From: Nitrososphaeria archaeon
GTDB lineage: Archaea > Thermoproteota > Nitrososphaeria > JACIWG01
Direction of reading: 5' to 3'
DNA length: 64,000 nt
Assembly (NCBI GenBank): GCA_050011875.1
Contig: JBEKIG010000013.1
Coordinates: forward strand, 4,928 to 68,927
Shown here: positions 9,422 to 17,574 of the stretch, piece after piece
How the letters are laid out: each line of letters opens with the position of its first letter
Position numbering within the stretch: position 1 is the stretch's first letter
Program-made: the position numbers and the translations under genes
The notes under the pieces: generated by a model
Seen by the model: only the letters and a program-made list of their open reading frames with translations
What the model was told of the DNA's origin: nothing
The model's database searches: none

Positions 9422-9844
9422 TTACATCTTCTTCAGCGCTCTAATCACTTCATACAGTGATGTTGCAACCCCTACCAAGCACACCGCTAAAGCGAAACCA
9501 TATGTGGACGTTATCTGAGGCGGCCTCAGATAGGTTAACAGAATCAGAAATGCTACAGCGAAGAACGCCATGTACGCCGTCTGGAATGGTATAAGCGTCC
9601 TCCTCACCCTGACTATGTTCTCAAAAACAACCTTATCCACCACATAGCCTTTGTCCTGTTCTCTGATGAGCCCAGCCTCGAGAAGCTTGTTGACGTGATA
9701 TGATGCAACGGACGAGGAGCCGAACCCAAGGCCCTCCTGCACGCCACTGATACCTACAGGCTTTCCCTCCTTGAATATGAAACGGTAAACTCTGAGAGTA
9801 GTACCCCTCAAAACCTTTGCTTCATCCTCTTCCTTCGCAGCCAA
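9422..9844 (-). CDS. membrane-tethered winged-helix transcription regulator (wHTH plus 2 C-terminal TM helices), paralog 1
   Basis: 140 aa. The N-terminal ~75 aa look like a wHTH (YRFIFKEGKPVGISGVQEGLGFGSSSVASYHVNKLLEAGLIRE). The C-terminal part has two hydrophobic helices. Apparent TTG start. By hand count, 98 of 140 residues are identical to 51082-51504. Confidence 0.75.
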   Translation of the reverse strand: MAAKEEDEAKVLRGTTLRVYRFIFKEGKPVGISGVQEGLGFGSSSVASYHVNKLLEAGLIREQDKGYVVDKVVFENIVRVRRTLIPFQTAYMAFFAVAFLILLTYLRPPQITSTYGFALAVCLVGVATSLYEVIRALKKM

Positions 9845-9891
9845 CAGTCTTCAACCTTATGATAAACGATAACATATTAAGTCTTACCAAA

Positions 9892-9926
9892 TTCTAAAAT
9901 TAGAAGAACGCTTTCTAAAATTAGAA
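9892..9926. promoter_or_regulatory. two exact copies of the inverted-repeat box TTCTAAAATTAGAA (putative operator of the wHTH-TM regulator)
   Basis: The boxes are at 9892-9905 and 9913-9926, 21 nt apart start to start. Half-sites TTCTAA and TTAGAA are reverse complements separated by 2 nt. The same box occurs at 51553-51566. Confidence 0.55.
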
Positions 9927-9958
9927 AACTGCGCTTTCCCGTCTTTCTATTAATAGCG

Positions 9959-9965
9959 CTATATC
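9959..9965 (+). promoter_or_regulatory. TATA-like element CTATATC upstream of the MSEYK gene
   Basis: It is centred about 34 nt upstream of the ATG at 9996. An identical heptamer sits at the same distance before the paralog (51599-51605). Confidence 0.35.
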
Positions 9966-9995
9966 CAGGTTTATGCGTACTGGCTGACGAGCACA

Positions 9996-10829
9996 ATGTC
10001 GGAATATAAAAGGCAGATAGTTGTAGGAGTTTTCGTAGCTGCTGTAATAGCGTTGGTTCTAGCAGGAGGAGCAATCTACCTCCTTCCACTGCAACCCATG
10101 CGGACGACATCCACAACACTTATCACTCCTACAACTACAGCTACAGGCACAGCTACAACAACTGCTACAGGAACTTACAGTAGTACATCTACGTTTGGTG
10201 GTTCACCTACTACTACACCGTCAACTTCGTCTGGTACGACGATTACTCTCGGTCCCCCTTATACATCTGTTACAACTATTACTACTGCAGGTACGACTAC
10301 ACCTATTACAATTACGTTCACTCCTACGATTACATCTATTACATCTACAGCTGGAACAGCTACTACAAGTGGTTCTACGACTATAACGTCCGGACCTACT
10401 GTAACTGTTACTGTGACAGAAATATTAGGTACTGTGGTATCGCCTGGAACTACTGAAACAGTTACTGTGACAGAACAAGTTGGCACTGCGACTGAGACCG
10501 TGACAACAACTGAGACACAAGGTTTAACGACAACTGTAACATCAACCACAACAGTAACAAGTGTAGGAGGGCTTGAAATAACAAACGCCTATGCTAATAG
10601 CACGACTCAGGTGGTTGTAAGCGTCATGAACACAGGGAGCACAGACCAGACCATTACAGGCATACTCGTAAACGGAAAATCTCTTTCAAGCGTGAACGGT
10701 GGCACTTCAAACCCAAGCCTACCTATCAAGGTGGCAGCGAATGCATCGCTAACCATCAACCTAACCTTCAGCTCTCCACTATCATCGAACACAATATATT
10801 TCGTAACAATTCAAACCAGCACAAGTTGA
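9996..10829 (+). CDS. signal-anchored Thr-rich surface protein (MSEYK family), paralog 1
   Basis: MSEYKRQIVVGVFVAAVIALVLAGGAIYLLPLQP anchor, about 150 aa of T/S/G/P linker, and a conserved C-terminal domain ...MNTGSTDQTITGILVNGKSLSSVNGGTSNPSLPI...LTFSSPL. Confidence 0.7.
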   Translation: MSEYKRQIVVGVFVAAVIALVLAGGAIYLLPLQPMRTTSTTLITPTTTATGTATTTATGTYSSTSTFGGSPTTTPSTSSGTTITLGPPYTSVTTITTAGTTTPITITFTPTITSITSTAGTATTSGSTTITSGPTVTVTVTEILGTVVSPGTTETVTVTEQVGTATETVTTTETQGLTTTVTSTTTVTSVGGLEITNAYANSTTQVVVSVMNTGSTDQTITGILVNGKSLSSVNGGTSNPSLPIKVAANASLTINLTFSSPLSSNTIYFVTIQTSTS

Positions 10830-11758
10830 TCCAAAGGAGTAATGATACGATCAAACAATCGGTCGATAAAAGCTCCTATAAGATAGCTTTTGTCGCCCTT
10901 ATAGTTACAGCTGCAGTTGTTGGAAGTACTATCTACTCTAACCCAACATTATTCAAAAGTTCAACAATCACTTCAACAATGACTACAACGACAACGAAAA
11001 CTCAGTATATAACTACCGATAAGAATGTGTATAATGTTGGTGATACTTGTCATTGGACGGCAACAGGTCTGATTTCAGGCACAACCTATTCGATTTACTG
11101 GTCTGAATATTTTTCAAACTCCCAAAGTTACTACTCTCTTAGCACTTGGAATGCTACCTCATCTTCGATGATAGGTACTTTTACTGTTACAAACGACATG
11201 CAAGGAGGCGGAGATCTAATATTAAACGAAGGTTATGGAGCTTCTCCAGACGCAAACATCGTTATTTGGATTAACTCGCTATCATCAACAACTTCTATAT
11301 CTACCATTCCGATAACAACTACAACAGGAACAACTACTTCTAATATTACTTCCGGAACCAATACTACGACAACCGTAATTTCAGTGCTGAATGTGTCCAG
11401 CTTAATCTCATCCGATGAATCGTTAAACGCTGTGATGGAGTTCCAGGGATGGAACGCTACCCAAATGGCATCCTATGGAGTTTATACACAGCTTAGATAC
11501 CTGAAAGAAGAAAATGGATGGCTCAACATATACACGGTCGACCCTAATACGACTAAAATATTGAGTTTGGAAGCGAGCGAATCTCTTCAGATTCCTGACC
11601 CCACAGTAAAACTGCCGGGGTACTTTTGGTTCATAGACATTAACGCAGATGTAAAAACAGTTGCACCAGGCAACTTTCCAGAGGCAGGTACATATTACGA
11701 CTTCTGGGTAGACGCCGTTAACGCCACAGTAGTGTACTCAGAAGGGCCGGTCCCGTAG
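10826..11758 (+). CDS. signal-anchored secreted two-domain protein, translationally coupled to 9996-10829
   Basis: The TTG start overlaps the upstream stop by 4 nt. One N-terminal TM helix is followed by two globular regions separated by a Thr-rich linker. No family recognised. Confidence 0.6.
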   Translation: MIQRSNDTIKQSVDKSSYKIAFVALIVTAAVVGSTIYSNPTLFKSSTITSTMTTTTTKTQYITTDKNVYNVGDTCHWTATGLISGTTYSIYWSEYFSNSQSYYSLSTWNATSSSMIGTFTVTNDMQGGGDLILNEGYGASPDANIVIWINSLSSTTSISTIPITTTTGTTTSNITSGTNTTTTVISVLNVSSLISSDESLNAVMEFQGWNATQMASYGVYTQLRYLKEENGWLNIYTVDPNTTKILSLEASESLQIPDPTVKLPGYFWFIDINADVKTVAPGNFPEAGTYYDFWVDAVNATVVYSEGPVP

Positions 11759-12145
11759 TATAAATGTAATCAAAGATAAAGGATAGAAAAAAGTACTTCT
11801 TTCTGCCTCCATTTTTACACCCTTCTAAAGATGCGACACGAACAGAGACTAAAGGTTTCCAATTAAAAACTAATCTAACTCCCTTTTTTCGGGAGCATGC
11901 CAAAAATAATACATGTTATCATGCCACTAATCTTGGAAATTGTCAAAACAATAAAAAAGATTTAGAACTAAGCCAAATGCATTTATTAATAAGATGGATA
12001 ATTATTATTTTTAAAACATTTCTTTTAATAATTTATTCAATATCTAAAAGCTCGATATTAATAACAATATATCTGAATTTTGTTAATATTGGTTATATTA
12101 ACCAGAAAACTTAATAACTTTCTACCCATATCTAATACAGTTTAA

Positions 12146-12610
12146 TTGAATAATCAAACATTAAGGAGTGCCAGAACTTATGCTTTCATCGGGTTCATAT
12201 TTTACCTGCTAGCTACCGCAGCTGGTTTCATAGGCTTATTCGTCATTGGCTTATTTATCTACGTACCTATAGCCTTGCCCTACATCTTGATAGCTATAGT
12301 CTTCTTGCTGCTGTCCATCCCAGGAATAATACTGACGATTTTTGCATGGATGACGGTGAAAAATATTGAAGTGGGGAAATATGTTCAAGCGCGCACCTAC
12401 AGCCTAATACTCGGAATAATAGGTCTATTCTTCGGCGCCATAATCGGCGGCATCTTCTTCCTTCTCGCCTACGCAAACCTAGGTGAATCGATGACACCTC
12501 CGATGGCGGTCCAACCTTTACCTCAGAGATTCTGCGTAAACTGCGGCAGAGCTGTAGTAGCCCCTAACACAAAATATTGCGCCTACTGTGGAAAAGAGCT
12601 GCCTCCATAG
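12146..12610 (+). CDS. four-TM membrane protein with C-terminal CxxC...CxxC zinc ribbon
   Basis: 154 aa. The hydrophobic core is followed by FCVNCGRAVVAPNTKYCAYCGKELPP. The start codon is non-ATG (TTG) in the ORF track. Confidence 0.6.
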   Translation: MNNQTLRSARTYAFIGFIFYLLATAAGFIGLFVIGLFIYVPIALPYILIAIVFLLLSIPGIILTIFAWMTVKNIEVGKYVQARTYSLILGIIGLFFGAIIGGIFFLLAYANLGESMTPPMAVQPLPQRFCVNCGRAVVAPNTKYCAYCGKELPP

Positions 12611-12912
12611 AGAAGCCTGCAATTTAAAACGCCTGGAGGCGACCTAATGAACTTCCACTCATCTTGTGCATCAGACGGAATATCTTATGCTGTGCTTGGT
12701 AGAGATACGATATTTTTGAAATATGATGTGACATTTAGAGAACATATGGAACAAATTGTTTTTAAATCTTGTAAGACAAATGAAAATACATTTAATCGCA
12801 GTGTTTTTAAAAGGAAATGAAACGTTAAATTTGTTGTTCGACAATTAAATCCTAAAAGAAACCTAACCGATGCAGGAAAAAGCAGGACGATTGAGGGATG
12901 CGGAAGGTTAAC

Positions 12913-13413
12913 TCAAGGATTGCCAACATTCCGCCGTGATGACATCCTCTTGGCGATCCACCTAATGAGTAGCATGGACGCTCCCATGAACAGCGAAATA
13001 AAAGATCCCTGCCCTATGGAGTAGCCAAGAGACTGGCCAAGGTAAAGGTATGAAACCACTCCGAAAGAAATGAAGGCAGATATCATCCAGATCAGGATGA
13101 ACACGTTGGAGATGGAGTTGGCGACCCCAGTCTTCCTCTGACCCGCTTGGTCTCTAGCAGCTGCACTCGTCTCTATGATTCGGACCGCCACCAAGGCTTC
13201 CTTCCCTTCATCGGAAAGCCGATAGTTCCCTTCAGGATCGAGGACAATCAACCCTTCCAGTTTCTTCAGGTGGTAGTCCAGGTTGCCGCTGCTTGAGATT
13301 CCCAGCTTATTCTTCAGCTTTCCAAAGCTCAGGGGAGTGGACTCAAGAACTTCCAGAACCCTGATTCGCGTAGGATGAGCGATCTTCTCAAAGAGCTCGG
13401 CTGAGCTGGACAT
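12913..13413 (-). CDS. ArsR-type wHTH regulator fused to C-terminal transmembrane helices
   Basis: IAHPTRIRVLEVLESTPLSFGKLKNKLGISSSGNLDYHLKKLEGLIVL is a classic ArsR/SmtB-like HTH. The C-terminal ~60 aa form 2-3 hydrophobic helices. Confidence 0.75.
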   Translation of the reverse strand: MSSSAELFEKIAHPTRIRVLEVLESTPLSFGKLKNKLGISSSGNLDYHLKKLEGLIVLDPEGNYRLSDEGKEALVAVRIIETSAAARDQAGQRKTGVANSISNVFILIWMISAFISFGVVSYLYLGQSLGYSIGQGSFISLFMGASMLLIRWIAKRMSSRRNVGNP

Positions 13414-13628
13414 TGCCTCTCGGGGTGCTCTACGGTCCGAAGCTATTTAATTCCTCCATCCTTGACCAGAAGTCAACAGTTCGAGACGAGTGATTGGAAT
13501 CGTTTAGAGTTTCGAATATCTTTTGCTGCTGGAGAATTGCGAACATAGCAACCATATATTAGTTCTCTTTACTGATATTGGGATTATGGGGCTTTTCAAC
13601 TTTTATTTCTAGACTTGTCAGAGGGCGA

Positions 13629-13943
13629 TCATGGTGCGTGAGAAGGTCGGTGTAATTCTGCAATCCTGCCCCCGTTAAGAAGCAACCAGTATCCTAAAAC
13701 CACATACAGCATACCAACGAATGGGAAAAAAACTGCTATCAAAAACAATGTTAGCCTAGATACAGTAAAAATAAGGAGAACTAAAAATGGCAATAGAAGA
13801 AATGTATCTAATAAGCTATTTTGCATAAAAGGATACCATATTTGTCTTTCGGCAAAAAAAGAGAGAATAAAAATCACTCCAAAGACACCGGAAACCATAA
13901 AGTAAACACCAACAAGTCTTAATGCTAAGCTTGTTACGCTCAT
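13629..13943 (-). CDS. small three-TM membrane protein, hypothetical
   Basis: 104-aa hydrophobic ORF. No family recognised. Confidence 0.4.
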   Translation of the reverse strand: MSVTSLALRLVGVYFMVSGVFGVIFILSFFAERQIWYPFMQNSLLDTFLLLPFLVLLIFTVSRLTLFLIAVFFPFVGMLYVVLGYWLLLNGGRIAELHRPSHAP

Positions 13944-14188
13944 CTACTTTTTACACCCCTTTTACTTGCCATTTTAATACCGCCAACCTTTTATTAAAAG
14001 TTAATTTGGTCCACATTCAAATCCAACTGACTTATCCGCATTTACATTCACATTCGAATTCAAAGCTTGCTCCCAGTGTGTTTAGGTTTGGGATTAAATT
14101 TTAATTTCCTTTCCTTCCTACTACTTAGATTAACCACATAAAGATAAATAGAAAGACATCACATCCACAATAATCTAGCTTAGAGAGG

Positions 14189-14392
14189 TCACTTCTTTTC
14201 GTTTAGATGCACCGTAGAGATCCCTGTAAGCAAGAAAAGCCAACAATACATCAAGCTCAAATAAATTATAAACCATGAGTTTTGTCTAATTATGTCGCTT
14301 AATGATGCCCCAAGACTACCCACAGCAATAGCAGTCATGACCCATAGTATTGTGGTTCGTGAATTAACCCATCGTCTGTCAAGTTTTACCAT
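14189..14392 (-). CDS. small two-TM membrane protein, hypothetical
   Basis: 67-aa ORF with two hydrophobic helices. Weak support. Confidence 0.3.
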   Translation of the reverse strand: MVKLDRRWVNSRTTILWVMTAIAVGSLGASLSDIIRQNSWFIIYLSLMYCWLFLLTGISTVHLNEKK

Positions 14393-14616
14393 AATAAATA
14401 ATCAGAGCTCGATTTTATTTAAATCTTCTTTCCTAGACCAATTATCTTGATCTGTCTAGAATATTGGACTTCAATCAATTCATTACTTGGTTCCCTTCCA
14501 GCCATGTCCTTGCCCTTAGTAGCTAATTTTATTTCCTTCAAACACCTGGAAAGGTCGTCTGCCTAGTTAGAATTATTACCTTCATAGATCTCGGACTTCT
14601 CCGACCAGTGGCACAC

Positions 14617-15378
14617 CTACCGAATAACAAGGTCCAGTCCGGTCACCCCGACCCCCTCACGGACGGTCTGGTTGGTGGCGAAGTAATAGTCTGTCGTGCC
14701 GTCAGCGTACTGCCAGAAGACCTTGACTTGGTAATCCATCATGTTAGGAAGTCTTATGGAGAAAGTGGTGTTCTGCACTGCGGCCTCGAACGTTTCGCCA
14801 TCTGAGGCCGTGTACACGACCTTGACCGGGGTCGCTGAAGTAATCGACTGCAGAATCGTCCCCTCGACTGCAAGGATGGTGGGCGGGGTCTCGACCTGAA
14901 GGTTGTACGACATGGCGCCCATCGAGCCTGCCGACATGTTGACCGTCAGGTCTCCTCTGTCAACGTCGCCTGTCTGCCACGAGTAGTTCCCCGCCCATCG
15001 CGCGACTACATCGTAGACTTCTCCGTTGGGGAGGTCAATGGAGAACTTCCCGTTCGAGACGGGGGCGGTAAGATTCACGCCGGTGTTGACGTTTGTGAAC
15101 ATCAAGGCAACCAAGTGGGTTCCCTGACCTACGGTGGATACGAGCCCGAAGACATTGACCGTCGCAGGCGTCGGAAGCGGAGAAGTGGTCTGTGTGGTCC
15201 GAGTCCCTAAGTATCCCGTAACATCTAGGTAGAGCCCCGCACCCAACGCTGCTGCGACGATAAGTATCGCGAGGAGTGCCATCGCCATGGCCTTTCCAAG
15301 TGCCACGGGTTCGTGTGCTAACTCTGGTTCGTGAGCTCGTTGTTGTCTTTCTTTAACATTCGATTGGGGCATTGACAA
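14617..15378 (-). CDS. signal-anchored secreted beta-rich protein, visibly G+C-rich
   Basis: 253 aa with a charged N-terminus, one TM helix (AMAMALLAILIVAAALGAGLYL), a short Thr linker and then beta-strand-like sequence. Codons are noticeably richer in G/C than those of neighbouring genes. Confidence 0.65.
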   Translation of the reverse strand: MSMPQSNVKERQQRAHEPELAHEPVALGKAMAMALLAILIVAAALGAGLYLDVTGYLGTRTTQTTSPLPTPATVNVFGLVSTVGQGTHLVALMFTNVNTGVNLTAPVSNGKFSIDLPNGEVYDVVARWAGNYSWQTGDVDRGDLTVNMSAGSMGAMSYNLQVETPPTILAVEGTILQSITSATPVKVVYTASDGETFEAAVQNTTFSIRLPNMMDYQVKVFWQYADGTTDYYFATNQTVREGVGVTGLDLVIR

Positions 15379-15492
15379 TCAAGTCCTCCTTTACCTGATG
15401 TAAGCAAAAGACGCCGATTTATGCATTGGGGACGGTTCTCAATCCTGAGAATTAGGCTATCAGGGACCGTACCGGTGGTTTTCTGACCCTAA

Positions 15493-15693
15493 TTAAGTGC
15501 AGATACCTTTAGTCCGTTGGTGCTCTGTAATAGATAGACCTTCTATGCCGCATACTTTCCTAAGTCGCGGATCTTTCCACATTTGTCTAATAAGCATGCG
15601 GTCACTGGGAACGTGCTTTAGTCGCCTTACAAGATGCGCTTTGAACAATCCAAGAGGGTTTCTTTGGGGTCTTCTTGCATATTTTAGATAAAT
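15493..15693 (-). mobile_element. relic of the N-terminal (DUF772/InsH-N-like) domain of an IS5-type DDE transposase
   Basis: The minus-strand frame reads ...ARRPQRNPLGLFKAHLVRRLKHVPSDRMLIRQMWKDPRLRKVCGIEGLSITEHQRT...stop. This matches the pattern GRP..P..lfK..l...l..vSdR.L...l..d..lr..cGi. There is no start codon and no DDE domain follows. Confidence 0.4.
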
Positions 15694-15803
15694 TCCCTTT
15701 CTATTTCAATGCTGATCAAGATACAACTTAGCAATTATGAATATGTCGGTCAACAATATAAGACAATACTTGTAAAATATGATCTCTAGGTAATATTAAT
15801 CAA

Positions 15804-16304
15804 ATGACATCAGCGGAGATAATCGCAGTTTTGTCTTCTGCGTTAGCGATAGGTTTAGTAATTTACTGGTATACGATGGGTGGAGAAAAAGAGAAGGAAT
15901 CAAAAACAAGCGTTGCTGTAACTGAAATAAAGTATCCGATGGCCCAGGGCAGTGCCTTTGTTGAAGAAAAACCTGCGTTCTCAAACCAAGAGATAACAAA
16001 TCAACCTACAGCAAGCGCTCCAATAGAAGACCCTCTTCATGCAGTTGCATCAGAAAACATCAAAATTGAAGCCGAATATATTCAGCCAGAAACCTCACGA
16101 GCGATCGTTAAGGTAGAGCCTATTGCGGGAAAAGAATCAGAGCCTGCAAAACTGCCTGAAAATGTTCAGGAAATAGCTAAGGCACCTAAAGCCAAAGACG
16201 AGAACATAGCCAGTGGGGTACGAGCAAAAAGCACCGGCAGAAGGAGAGCCGGGGGTACCAGAAGAAAAAAAGCAGCTAGGCTGGAAACTAAAGCGCCACA
16301 ATAA
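15804..16304 (+). CDS. N-terminally anchored protein with acidic linker and Arg/Lys-rich tail, hypothetical
   Basis: 166 aa. One N-terminal TM helix, a low-complexity E/A/P/K-rich body, and the C-terminus ...STGRRRAGGTRRKKAARLETK. Confidence 0.5.
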   Translation: MTSAEIIAVLSSALAIGLVIYWYTMGGEKEKESKTSVAVTEIKYPMAQGSAFVEEKPAFSNQEITNQPTASAPIEDPLHAVASENIKIEAEYIQPETSRAIVKVEPIAGKESEPAKLPENVQEIAKAPKAKDENIASGVRAKSTGRRRAGGTRRKKAARLETKAPQ

Positions 16305-16368
16305 CAAAGAATCTTAGATTAATAGCTTCCTCTTAGATACAACCTTCGATACGTATACCTCAGAAATG

Positions 16369-17476
16369 TAATAGACCTTGCTATGTCTTGAGAACTGCGA
16401 TTGATCAGGTGTGCCCTACGATCTTTTTTGGCACGTATGGTTCTTCCATGTAGGCGATGTCTTTTTCGGATAGGCTGATATCCACCGATTCGACCGCTTC
16501 TTGCACGTGCTCGGGCTTCGAAGTCCCTATGATAGGCGCTGTGGCCCCCTTCTTGAACAGCCATGCCAACGCAATCTGAACCGGTTTCACCCCCTTGGTC
16601 TTCGCTACTTCCGCAACCCTTCTGACGATTTCAGAGTTTTCAGGAGGATCAACGTAAGGTTTTCGATACACCCCAGCAAGTCTATAGTCAGGCTGAAGCC
16701 TCATCAAATCGTTCCTGCCGATCTCAATTCTTCCACCTTCCGAATAGCGTCCGGATAGCAGGCCGGCTGCGACGGGGTTGTACGGGATGACCCCTATGTT
16801 CTGGTCCTTGCAAAGCGGTATCATCTCCCTTTCCTCCTCCCTGTACAGCAGGTTCCACTTGTCCTGCATGCTCGTGAACTTCTCGAAGCCTCTGATTTCG
16901 CTTGTGTACAGTGCTTTTGAAAGCTGCCACGTCCACATGCTCGATGCCCCGATGTATCTGACTGTTCCACTTCTCACAAGGTCGTTTAACGTCGACAGCG
17001 TCTCCTCTATCGGTGTCTCGTAGTCCCACCTGTGTGTCTGGTAGAGGTCAATGTAATCCGTTTTAAGCCTCCTCAGAGAATCCTTCACCTGTCCCATTAT
17101 GTGCTTCCTTGAAAGGCCTCGCTGGTTCGGCTTCTCCCCCATCACACTATGGACCTTTGTAGCAATTATTACATCCTCTCGCACGTCTTTAAGAAGCTCT
17201 CCCGTTATCTCCTCAGACCTACCTAAGGAGTAGACGTTCGCAGTATCAAAGAAATTGATCCCCAAGTCGAGCGCTTTACTTACAACCTTCCTCGCATCCT
17301 CTACTTCAACCATCCATGGCTCAGCGTTTCCAAAACTCATGCAGCCAATCGCGATCGGAGACACTTTCAATCCTGACCAGCCTAATCTAACATACTTCAT
17401 ATCGTTCAACAAGCCTTCTAACCGCGTTCTTTCTTAAAAGGATTTGCTGAACTTTTTCAATGATGCAACTGAGATA
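16369..17476. repeat. copy 2 of the ~1.1-kb direct segmental duplication
   Basis: See 2362-3466. Same orientation, about 14 kb downstream. Confidence 0.85.
16405..17400 (-). CDS. aldo/keto reductase family oxidoreductase (paralog 2)
   Basis: 331 aa from the ATG at 17400 (MKYVRLGWSGLKVSPIAIG...). I counted about 46 differences in 331 aligned residues against paralog 1. Confidence 0.9.
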   Translation of the reverse strand: MKYVRLGWSGLKVSPIAIGCMSFGNAEPWMVEVEDARKVVSKALDLGINFFDTANVYSLGRSEEITGELLKDVREDVIIATKVHSVMGEKPNQRGLSRKHIMGQVKDSLRRLKTDYIDLYQTHRWDYETPIEETLSTLNDLVRSGTVRYIGASSMWTWQLSKALYTSEIRGFEKFTSMQDKWNLLYREEEREMIPLCKDQNIGVIPYNPVAAGLLSGRYSEGGRIEIGRNDLMRLQPDYRLAGVYRKPYVDPPENSEIVRRVAEVAKTKGVKPVQIALAWLFKKGATAPIIGTSKPEHVQEAVESVDISLSEKDIAYMEEPYVPKKIVGHT

Positions 17477-17574
17477 ATAACTGAAGTAATATTGAACCAT
17501 CTATTCATTATCAGAAGTAATATAGAATCTATTCTTATATGTTTCATCCACATGTAGTTATTGTTTCTGATAGG

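Noticed and set aside
10195-10549. Leu- or Val-rich ORFs overlapping the Thr-rich linker regions (10195-10386, 10259-10549; likewise 39489-39734 and 51834-52091), and the repetitive ACN-codon DNA itself
   Set aside because: These are alternative-frame or antisense artefacts of ACN-repeat coding sequence. The repetitiveness is low-complexity Thr/Ser/Gly coding, not CRISPR or satellite DNA.
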